Below are positions 17,195 to 25,285 of a stretch of DNA of 31,966 nt, in pieces. The notes under the pieces are model-generated. The model was not told the origin of the DNA, ran no database searches, and saw only the letters and a list, made by a program, of their open reading frames with translations. Where the stretch lies: NCBI GenBank assembly GCA_038128265.1, contig JAYPJE010000047.1, positions 1 to 31,966 on the forward strand, in the 5' to 3' direction. The translations under genes were made by a program, and so were the position numbers. Numbering within the stretch: the stretch's first letter is position 1; each line of letters starts with the position of its first letter. The stretch is from Gemmatimonadota bacterium. GTDB taxonomy: Bacteria; Latescibacterota; UBA2968; UBA8231.

Positions 17195-19660
17195 ATGAAT
17201 AATATGTTTACCGATGGCGTCAAACGCGTCATGCAGTTGGCCCGGGAAGAGTCTGCGCGCTTGGGGCACAATTACATCGGCACAGAACACCTGCTGTTGG
17301 GCATCATAAAAGACGGCAAAGGCAAGGCCGTTACGGTGCTGACCAACCTGGGGTTGAGCCTGGAGACGGTCAAGCAATCGGTCGAGGATTACGTGGCCAC
17401 ATCGGGTGGCACGATGACCATTGGCGAGGTCCCGTTTACGCCGCGCGCCAAGCAGATTTTGGAAGTGGCCGCCAACGAGGCCAAAGAGATGAAGACGCAG
17501 TTTGTCGACGTCGAGCACCTGCTGCTCGCCCTGCTGAAAGACAAAGAGGGCGTCGCCGCGCAGATCCTCGCCGCATTTGGCGTTGACTACAAGACGGCGA
17601 TGGAAGAGACGCTGGCGGTGTTGGAGGGCAAGACGACGGGGCGCAAGGAAAAAGGCAAGAAGAGCAAGACGCCTTTTCTCGATCACTTTGGCCGCGACCT
17701 TACCCAGCTGGCGCGCGAGGGCAAACTGGATCCGGTCATTGGTCGCCAGAAGGAAATCGAGCGCGTCACGCAGATTCTCAGCCGCCGCAAGAAGAACAAT
17801 CCCATTCTCATTGGCGATCCCGGCGTCGGCAAGACGGCCATCGTCGAAGGGCTTGCACAGCGCATCATAGAAAAGCGCGTTCCGCAAATCCTACTCGACA
17901 AGCGCCTGGTTACGCTTGACATGGGGGGCGTCGTCGCCGGCACCAAGTATCGCGGTCAGTTTGAAGAGCGCATCAAGGCGGTGATGAACGAGCTGCAGCA
18001 GAATACCGAAGTCATCATCTTTATCGACGAGCTGCACACGATCGTCGGTGCGGGCAGTGCTGAGGGCACGCTCGATGCGTCCAATATGTTCAAGCCGGCG
18101 CTGGCGCGCGGCGAGCTGCAGTGCATTGGCGCCACGACGCTGGACGAGTACCGCAAGCACATCGAGAAAGACGGCGCCCTAGAGCGCCGCTTCCAAAACA
18201 TTATGGTTGACCCGCCTTCGGTCGAGGATACCATCGAAATTCTCAAGGGCCTGCGGACCAGCTACGAGGCGCATCACCACGTCGAATTTCCCGATGATGT
18301 AATCACCTATGTCGTGCGCCAATCGGATCGCTACATCAGCGACCGCTACTTGCCCGACAAGGCCATTGACGTACTCGACGAGACGGGCTCACGCGTCCAT
18401 TTGGCACGCCTCAGCCCTCCCGAGCAAATAAGCAAATTGGAAGGCGAGATTCAGGACATAAATCGCCAAAAAAACGAAGCGGCCGAGCGACAGGATTTTG
18501 AAGAGGCCGTCGTTCTGCGCGACAAGGCGTTGCACTTGGGCGAAGAGCTGCAGCGCAGCCGCCAGGAGTGGGAAGAAAAGGTCCGCGACGAGGTTGTGCA
18601 GGTCAGCGAAGACAATATCGCCGAAGTCATAGCTAGCATGACGGGTATTCCCATAACGCGGCTGGCCAAGAGTGAAAGCGATCGGCTGTTGGCGATGGAG
18701 GACCAGCTCAAAAAGAAAATCGTTGGTCAGGAACAGGCGGTCACGGCCATATCGCGGGCCATTCGCCGCAGCAGGGCCGGCCTGCAGGACCCGCGCCGGC
18801 CCATCGGCTCGTTTATCTTTCTCGGGCCGACCGGTGTCGGTAAAACGGAGCTGGCCAAGCGTTTGGCAGAATTTCTCTTTGACGACGAAGAGGCGCTAAT
18901 TTCCGTCGATATGTCCGAGTACATGGAGAAGTTCGCCGTCTCGCGCTTGATTGGCGCGCCTCCGGGCTACGTCGGCTTTGACGAGGGTGGCCAGCTGACG
19001 GAAAAGGTTCGTCGCCGTCCTTACTCGGTCATTCTGCTCGACGAGATCGAGAAGGCGCACCCAGATGTGTTCAATATTCTGCTGCAGATCCTCGACGAAG
19101 GGCGGCTGACCGACAGCACGGGACGCAAGGTCGACTTCAGCAATACCGTTCTGATTATGACCTCCAATATCGGCAGCCGCGATGTTGGCACGGGTGGCGT
19201 GCTCGGCTTCCAAAAGTCCGATGCCGATACGCTGCACGAGCTGATGGAGGGCAAGATAAACGACGCGCTAAAAAAGACGTTCAACCCGGAGTTTATCAAC
19301 CGCGTCGACGATGCGATTATCTTCCATGCGCTGACCAAAGAGCACATCAATGAGATCATCGACATCACGCTCAACGAGTTTAAAAAGCGCCTAGAGAATC
19401 AGGACATCGGTCTGCGCATCACGCCGGGTGCTAAAAACCTGATGTCCGACAAGGGTTTTGATATGGCGTTTGGCGCGCGCTATCTCAAGCGCACGGTGCA
19501 AAAGATGTTGGAGGATCCGCTGGCAGAAGAGATTCTCAACGGTCACTTTGCTGCCGGTAGCCGAATCCGCGTCACGAAGAAAGGCGAGGAGCTCGTCTTT
19601 GACGAAGAGCGCGGCGATTCCGAGGAAAAGGTGGAAGAAAAGAAGGAAACCGCCAACTAA
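17195..19660 (+). CDS. clpC: ATP-dependent Clp protease ATPase subunit ClpC
   Basis: Double Clp-N repeat, two AAA+ modules ([16 protein letters not shown]), UVR-type middle domain and ClpP-docking LGF loop; downstream of mcsAB. Confidence 0.96.
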   Translation: MNNMFTDGVKRVMQLAREESARLGHNYIGTEHLLLGIIKDGKGKAVTVLTNLGLSLETVKQSVEDYVATSGGTMTIGEVPFTPRAKQILEVAANEAKEMKTQFVDVEHLLLALLKDKEGVAAQILAAFGVDYKTAMEETLAVLEGKTTGRKEKGKKSKTPFLDHFGRDLTQLAREGKLDPVIGRQKEIERVTQILSRRKKNNPILIGDPGVGKTAIVEGLAQRIIEKRVPQILLDKRLVTLDMGGVVAGTKYRGQFEERIKAVMNELQQNTEVIIFIDELHTIVGAGSAEGTLDASNMFKPALARGELQCIGATTLDEYRKHIEKDGALERRFQNIMVDPPSVEDTIEILKGLRTSYEAHHHVEFPDDVITYVVRQSDRYISDRYLPDKAIDVLDETGSRVHLARLSPPEQISKLEGEIQDINRQKNEAAERQDFEEAVVLRDKALHLGEELQRSRQEWEEKVRDEVVQVSEDNIAEVIASMTGIPITRLAKSESDRLLAMEDQLKKKIVGQEQAVTAISRAIRRSRAGLQDPRRPIGSFIFLGPTGVGKTELAKRLAEFLFDDEEALISVDMSEYMEKFAVSRLIGAPPGYVGFDEGGQLTEKVRRRPYSVILLDEIEKAHPDVFNILLQILDEGRLTDSTGRKVDFSNTVLIMTSNIGSRDVGTGGVLGFQKSDADTLHELMEGKINDALKKTFNPEFINRVDDAIIFHALTKEHINEIIDITLNEFKKRLENQDIGLRITPGAKNLMSDKGFDMAFGARYLKRTVQKMLEDPLAEEILNGHFAAGSRIRVTKKGEELVFDEERGDSEEKVEEKKETAN

Positions 19661-19692
19661 GCTCGGTCGTTGAACAGAGGAACTATATTACG

Positions 19693-19724
19693 GAGCCGCT
19701 CTATCAACGCTGATGGAGCGGCTC
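19693..19724 (+). terminator. Hairpin after clpC (terminator or processing stem)
   Basis: GAGCCGCTCTATCA-ACGC-TGATGGAGCGGCTC: 14-bp stem with one G:U pair; weak U tail. Confidence 0.65.
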
Positions 19725-19754
19725 TATACTTGTAGCAACGAGGATGATTAACAG

Positions 19755-22127
19755 ATGGTTTGCATACCGCGGGCGTTGATTGCGCTGGCTCTCGTCCTGC
19801 TCGTTTCGACGCATGGCGAGGCGCAGAAAGTCGTCGATATTGAGGTGCGAGGCGAACTGCGCAAGGTCGCCCAATCGCTGATCCTTACCACGGTGGGCTT
19901 GGAGCCCGGAGTGGAGCTGTCTCAGGAAAACGTGCAGCAGGCCGTGCGCGATCTTCAGGGGCTCAACGTTTTTGAGGATATACAGATTTGGGGCGATCCC
20001 GCACCGGGCGGTATGAAGCTCATCATTGTCGTATCGGAGTATCCGGCGCTGGAAGGGTTGCGTTTCAAGGGATACGACAATGTAAAAGAGAAGGACATGC
20101 AGGAAGCGCTTGGTCTGGTGGTTGGTCAGGTTGTCGCTCCGAAAGACCTAGTCCGTGGCGAACAAAAAATTCTCGATTTGTACAAAGAGAAGGGCTATCT
20201 GCGCGCCGAGGTAACGGGGCAGATGTTTGATGCCGAGGAGGAAGGGCGCGTCTATATCCAATATGACATACGCGAGGGCGACAAGGTGCGGATTCGCGGT
20301 ATACGCCTGGTGCAGCACCGACTCGATGGAACGTCGATAGACAGCGATTCGCTGGCCCCGCGCAACCCGCGCCGACCCAAGCGCTGGGAAGCCGACAGCC
20401 CTATGCCTCAGCAGCTGCGCGCGCTTATGGAAACCAAGACCAAGCACTGGTGGCGCAAGGGTGAGTTTAACGGCGACGCCTACGCCCAGGACAAGGATAA
20501 AATACTGGCCTACTACCGGAGCTTGGGGTTCCAGCAGGCGGGCGTACTGCGCGACAGCGTCTACTACGACTCGACGCGCAAAGATCTGTTTATTGATTTG
20601 GAGCTGGACGAGGGGTTGCAGTATCGCTTAGGGGCAATGTCTTTCGCCGGCAATACGATTCTCTCAGAGGATAAGCTCGCGGAGAAGCTGCACCTCGACG
20701 AGGGCGATACCTATGGCCTGTCGGGTGCCGAACTGGCCGATATGGCCCGCTTTGCCTACTACGAAGAGGGTTATCTAGACACGCGCGTGGTGCCGTCAGA
20801 GACGGTGCGCGGCGATACGGTCGATGTGGCGTTCCAAATTTTCGAAGGACAGCCGTGGACGATTCGTCGCATCGACATTGTCGGCAATACAAAAACGCGC
20901 GAGAAGGTGATTCGCCGCGAGGTCGAGCTGCGTCCGGGCGACATTTACCAGCAGGATTTGGTGCAGGAAAGCCAGCGGCGCATTTACATGCTCAACTATT
21001 TCAAGGATGTGCAGATCCAGCCCGAGTACAGTCCCGTCGAGGGCGAGCGCCTAGTCGATCTAAAGTTCAACGTCGAAGAGCAGCCGACGGGCCAGGCGTC
21101 GATGGGGGCCGGCTACAGTGACCGCGATAAGCTGGTCGGCCAAATAGGCCTGCGCGTCCCCAACTTTCGCGGCAAAGGGCAAAACGTCGACTTTAGCTGG
21201 GAATTTGGCACGCGCCGCGAACAGTTCCTCGTCGGTTTTACCGAGCCGTGGCTCTTTGATACGCCAACGAGTTTGTCGCTGCGCGTCTACACCCTAAACA
21301 ACCAGTACTACGACCTATACGATTTTCGCCGCAACTCGATCAGCCTGCGCGTCGGGCGTCGCCTGAAAAAACCGGCCTATTCCAGCGTGTCGATCGGATA
21401 CCGTCTGGAGAGCGAGCGCTATACGGATTTTGGCGAGGACTTTGATCAGTCGCTGCTGACTAGTAGCGTGTACGGCAATCGCTACGAGCCGATTACAACG
21501 AGCAGTTTTGAGCTGGTATTCTCGCGCGACACGCGCGACCAGGCGCAGTTTCCCACCAAGGGCACGCAGATTTCCTATCGCCCCGAACTGGCGTCTTCGC
21601 TGGTGGCCGGTGACGTCGATTTCCACAAGCACGAAATCACGGCCAATTACTACCAGCCCAGCTGGTGGAAGTTTGTCTTTAGCCTCGAGTCAAAGGTCGC
21701 GGTAGTCGACGGTTTTTCCGACTGGGACGACAGAAATCTGTCCGTTTGGGAGCGCTTCTCACCGGGCGGTGTCGATATGTGGGACGGGCAAGTGCGCGGC
21801 TATCCCGACCGTTCGCTGGGGCCGCGCATCTCCGGCGTGCCGCTGGGCGGGCGTTCGATGATTGTCGTAAACCTCGAATACCGCTTTCCCATTGCCGAAC
21901 AGCAGGTATACGGTATCCTATTTGCCGACGCCGGCAATGCCTGGAACGAAATTCCCGATCTCAACCCGTTTGACCTGCGCCGCTCGCTGGGCTTTGGATT
22001 TCGCGTTATGACGCCCATGCTCGGTCTCATCGGCTTTGACTTTGGCTATGGTTTTGACCGCGAAAAAGTCGATGGCTCGGCCGCTGGTTGGCATACGCAC
22101 TTCCAATTCGGCCCGCAGTTCTTTTAG
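19755..22127 (+). CDS. bamA: Outer-membrane protein assembly factor BamA
   Basis: Signal peptide, POTRA repeats (GNTKTREKVIRRE), barrel with VRGY loop motif, FADAGNAW and C-terminal FQFGPQFF. Confidence 0.96.
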   Translation: MVCIPRALIALALVLLVSTHGEAQKVVDIEVRGELRKVAQSLILTTVGLEPGVELSQENVQQAVRDLQGLNVFEDIQIWGDPAPGGMKLIIVVSEYPALEGLRFKGYDNVKEKDMQEALGLVVGQVVAPKDLVRGEQKILDLYKEKGYLRAEVTGQMFDAEEEGRVYIQYDIREGDKVRIRGIRLVQHRLDGTSIDSDSLAPRNPRRPKRWEADSPMPQQLRALMETKTKHWWRKGEFNGDAYAQDKDKILAYYRSLGFQQAGVLRDSVYYDSTRKDLFIDLELDEGLQYRLGAMSFAGNTILSEDKLAEKLHLDEGDTYGLSGAELADMARFAYYEEGYLDTRVVPSETVRGDTVDVAFQIFEGQPWTIRRIDIVGNTKTREKVIRREVELRPGDIYQQDLVQESQRRIYMLNYFKDVQIQPEYSPVEGERLVDLKFNVEEQPTGQASMGAGYSDRDKLVGQIGLRVPNFRGKGQNVDFSWEFGTRREQFLVGFTEPWLFDTPTSLSLRVYTLNNQYYDLYDFRRNSISLRVGRRLKKPAYSSVSIGYRLESERYTDFGEDFDQSLLTSSVYGNRYEPITTSSFELVFSRDTRDQAQFPTKGTQISYRPELASSLVAGDVDFHKHEITANYYQPSWWKFVFSLESKVAVVDGFSDWDDRNLSVWERFSPGGVDMWDGQVRGYPDRSLGPRISGVPLGGRSMIVVNLEYRFPIAEQQVYGILFADAGNAWNEIPDLNPFDLRRSLGFGFRVMTPMLGLIGFDFGYGFDREKVDGSAAGWHTHFQFGPQFF

Positions 22128-22229
22128 CGCAAAGCGCTTAGCAGCAATGTCCCTTATTTCTAAATGGCCTGCTGCACCTTATATTATCCACGCACATATA
22201 GGTGGTCGATTTTTATAAGAGGAGTCTGT

Positions 22230-22772
22230 ATGAAACGCGTCGTTTTTTCAGCTGTGCTACTGGCCTTCATGTCTCTGTCCAATGTTGCGTCGGCCGAGGT
22301 AAAGATTGGCTATATCGATTCAGAAGTCTTAAAAGAGCGCCTGCCCGAGTTTCGCGAGGCACAGCGCAAATTGGACCAGCTGCGCCAGGACTACGAAAAT
22401 CAGGCCAAAGACCGCGAAGCTAAGCTGATGAAGCTGCAGGACGATTTCCGCAAGCAAGAGTTGCTGATGAGCGAGGCGCGCAAGGCGGAGCTACAGGCTG
22501 ATTTTGAAGAGAAGGTGCGTCAGCTTCAGGCCTTCACGCAGGAAAAATTTGGCCCGGAAGGCGAGCTGATGCGCAAGAATATCGAGCTTTCCGAGCCTAT
22601 TTTCAAAAAGATAAACGACGCCATTAAAGCGCTCGCAGATGAAGACAGCTACGATTATATATTCGACGCTGCGGCGCCTAGCAGCGGGTTGGTGTTTGCC
22701 CAGGAAAAATACGATCTGACGGAAACGGTTTTGGAAGCGCTGGAAAAGCAGCGCACGGAAGAGGGACAATAG
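22230..22772 (+). CDS. skp: Periplasmic chaperone Skp/OmpH
   Basis: ATG 22230 after GAGGAG, signal peptide, KIGYID, coiled-coil body, YDYIFD and DLTETVL; follows bamA. Confidence 0.92.
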   Translation: MKRVVFSAVLLAFMSLSNVASAEVKIGYIDSEVLKERLPEFREAQRKLDQLRQDYENQAKDREAKLMKLQDDFRKQELLMSEARKAELQADFEEKVRQLQAFTQEKFGPEGELMRKNIELSEPIFKKINDAIKALADEDSYDYIFDAAAPSSGLVFAQEKYDLTETVLEALEKQRTEEGQ

Positions 22773-23231
22773 GTGAGCTCTTCCGAGGAGTTTACCCCCC
22801 TTGATCTGGTGCAGATCCAGCAGATCCTACCGCATCGCTATCCCTTTTTACTCGTCGACCGCATTGTCGAGATGGTGCCGGGCGAGCGCGTCGTCGCCGT
22901 CAAAAGCGTGACGGCCAACGAGCCTTTTTTTCAGGGCCATTTCCCCGGCTATCCCGTTATGCCGGGGGTGCTCATCATTGAAGCGCTGGCCCAGGCTGGT
23001 TGCGTTATGATGCTGCACGGTATGGAAGACCGGGAGAACAAAGTGCCGTTCTTTGCCGGCATAGACGGGTGTCGCTTTCGCCGCCCGGTGGTGCCCGGCG
23101 ACCAGCTACGCCTCGAACTAACTGTTTTGCGCCAGCGCGGCATTTCTTGTAAAATGGCGGCGAAGGCGTTTGTAGGCGAAGAGCTTGCGGCAGAAGCCGA
23201 GATATTGGCCGTTGTCGGTGAGCGCACGTAG
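22773..23231 (+). CDS. fabZ: 3-hydroxyacyl-ACP dehydratase FabZ (not fused to LpxC)
   Basis: LPHRYPFLLVDRI, EPFFQGHFPG.PVMPGVLIIEALAQ and FRRPVVPGD motifs. Confidence 0.96.
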   Translation: MSSSEEFTPLDLVQIQQILPHRYPFLLVDRIVEMVPGERVVAVKSVTANEPFFQGHFPGYPVMPGVLIIEALAQAGCVMMLHGMEDRENKVPFFAGIDGCRFRRPVVPGDQLRLELTVLRQRGISCKMAAKAFVGEELAAEAEILAVVGERT

Positions 23232-23297
23232 GCTGTTTTAGCCCCCCTATTTGTATTTCGCTGGTTAGACGATCTAGTTCCTGTAAGAGTAGGTCTG

Positions 23298-25196
23298 ATG
23301 GATCCAACGCAAAACCCTCATGTCTACACCCTGTTTACGCAATCACCGCTACCCATGTGTCTCTGCGATGCCGACTCGCGTGAATTGATCGATATCAACG
23401 ATTCAATGCTGGGGTTGTTGGGCTACAGCCGAGAAGAGTTTTTTGCCCTGCCTTCAGAACAAATAGAGCGCCTCTTCAGCATGTATAGCGCAGGAGATAT
23501 GAGCGAAGTTTGGCTCGAGTTGCAAGAAAAAGGTTCTATAACACGCTTGGTTAATTACCGCGTCCACCAAGGCCAAGAGGCGCTGCTAAAAATCACCAGT
23601 ACGCTAGTCGAAGATCCGCCCGGTCACCGCGTAGTGTGGTGCCAAGCCGAGCGGCAGTCGAGCACTTTATCAGAGCGCTTTTCTCATTGGTTTGAAGATT
23701 TAGAGACCAATGTGTTCTTCTATCGCCACACCGTTACTGATGGTCGGCTAATGGATCTGAGTGATTCATTTGAAAAGGTATTTGGTATACCTCGCGAAGA
23801 GGCGATTGGCCAATCATGGGCCACTATTGTTCAGTGGAATCCACAAACAATGGCCATTGCCGCTGAGAAACTCGCTGCCTTGCGTCCCGGTATGAGCGAT
23901 CAGATGGATATGGAGTTTATTCATCCCAACGGTGAGCAGCGGACGATTAAGGTCGTATCGCATATGTTTGTCGACGAGCAAGGGCGAGTTTGCATAGATG
24001 GCTCGGCAGAAGACATCACGGTGCGCAAAGAAATGGAGAATGACTTGCGCGAGGCGCGTGCAGAGGCGGAGCGTGCCAATCGCGCTAAATCTGCCTTTCT
24101 CGCGCAGGTTAGCCATGAGCTGCGGACTCCGCTCAATGCGATTATGAGCTTTAGTCAGCTCTTGCAGGTGGAAAATCTTGCGCCTGGGCACAGTGCCTTG
24201 CTGCAGGATATCCGCTATTCGAGCGATCATCTGATGCAGCTGATAAGCGATCTGCTCGATATGCAGCAAATCGAATTGGGTAAAGTCCAACTCGAAATAA
24301 AGCCCGTAGATGTGGCCCAGTTGATAGATGGTGCTCTGCGCATGGTCGAAACAGCCACCGAAAAAAATGGTGTGCAGATTGAGGACTTCGCATCGGAAGG
24401 TCTTTGGGTGCAGGGTGATAGTCGGCGCATTCAGCAGGTGCTGATTAACCTATTGTCTAATGCGGTCAAGTACAATCGAGAAAATGGGCGCGTGCACGTT
24501 GTGGCAGAGCAGGTGCAAGGCGAGATGCTGCGCATATCTGTATCGGATACTGGTATGGGTATTTCCGAAGCGAACCAAGCGCGTCTCTTTGAGCCATTTG
24601 AGCGCCTGGGCGCCGACAAGACAACGGTTGAAGGATTGGGGTTGGGGCTGGCGATTACCAAGCAAATCATCGGACTGATGAATGGACGGTTAGGCGTGGT
24701 CAGCAAAGAGGGCGAGGGTTCGACGTTTTGGTTTGAACTACCGACTGCAGAGGCGGTGAGCGATGAGAGCGCAGTAGGTGGAAGCGGACCGTCAGTTTCT
24801 GCTATCGACCTGAGCGATGCACGCGTTGTTTATATAGAAGACAACCAAATCAACGCAAAAATCGTCGAGCACATCTTGCAGCGCTATTTTGCCATACAAG
24901 CGCAGGTTGCTCTATCGGCGGGCGAAGGTTTGGAGCTAATTCGGCGAGAGCGTCCGAGCTTGGTGGTGGTGGATATCGACTTGCCCGATATGAGCGGCTA
25001 CGATGTGCTGGCGCACATCGCCGATGAGCCAACGCTAAAAGGCGTGCCTATCATAGCACTGACGGGCCATTTCGCAGCCAGCGATCGGGAGCGTGGGCTC
25101 CGGGCGGGTTTCTCAGAATATTTAGAAAAACCGTTGGACATTGAGAAATTTGTCGGAGCCGTGAGTCGGGCTCTGATCGGTGGAGGTGAAGCGTAG
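23298..25196 (+). CDS. Cytoplasmic hybrid sensor kinase (PAS-PAS-HisKA-HATPase-REC)
   Basis: SHELRTPLN H-box, NLLSNAVKY N-box, DTGMGI, GLGLGL and GSTFWF motifs; receiver YIEDN...VDIDLPDMSG...KP; no TM segment. Confidence 0.93.
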   Translation: MDPTQNPHVYTLFTQSPLPMCLCDADSRELIDINDSMLGLLGYSREEFFALPSEQIERLFSMYSAGDMSEVWLELQEKGSITRLVNYRVHQGQEALLKITSTLVEDPPGHRVVWCQAERQSSTLSERFSHWFEDLETNVFFYRHTVTDGRLMDLSDSFEKVFGIPREEAIGQSWATIVQWNPQTMAIAAEKLAALRPGMSDQMDMEFIHPNGEQRTIKVVSHMFVDEQGRVCIDGSAEDITVRKEMENDLREARAEAERANRAKSAFLAQVSHELRTPLNAIMSFSQLLQVENLAPGHSALLQDIRYSSDHLMQLISDLLDMQQIELGKVQLEIKPVDVAQLIDGALRMVETATEKNGVQIEDFASEGLWVQGDSRRIQQVLINLLSNAVKYNRENGRVHVVAEQVQGEMLRISVSDTGMGISEANQARLFEPFERLGADKTTVEGLGLGLAITKQIIGLMNGRLGVVSKEGEGSTFWFELPTAEAVSDESAVGGSGPSVSAIDLSDARVVYIEDNQINAKIVEHILQRYFAIQAQVALSAGEGLELIRRERPSLVVVDIDLPDMSGYDVLAHIADEPTLKGVPIIALTGHFAASDRERGLRAGFSEYLEKPLDIEKFVGAVSRALIGGGEA

Positions 25197-25230
25197 GCCT
25201 GATATACGCTAACGGTTTAAGGTGCAATTG

Positions 25231-25266
25231 CAAACGGGGGTTCGGCTAAAGCCGAACCCCCGTTTG
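25231..25266. terminator. Bidirectional terminator between convergent genes
   Basis: Perfect 16-bp inverted repeat CAAACGGGGGTTCGGC-TAAA-GCCGAACCCCCGTTTG. Confidence 0.88.
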
Positions 25267-25285
25267 TTGTAGCGTAGTGCAGAAG

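Noticed and set aside
17039..17887. 282-aa antisense ORF over the clpC 5' region
   Set aside because: Mirror-frame ORF of a conserved, codon-biased gene; no independent features.
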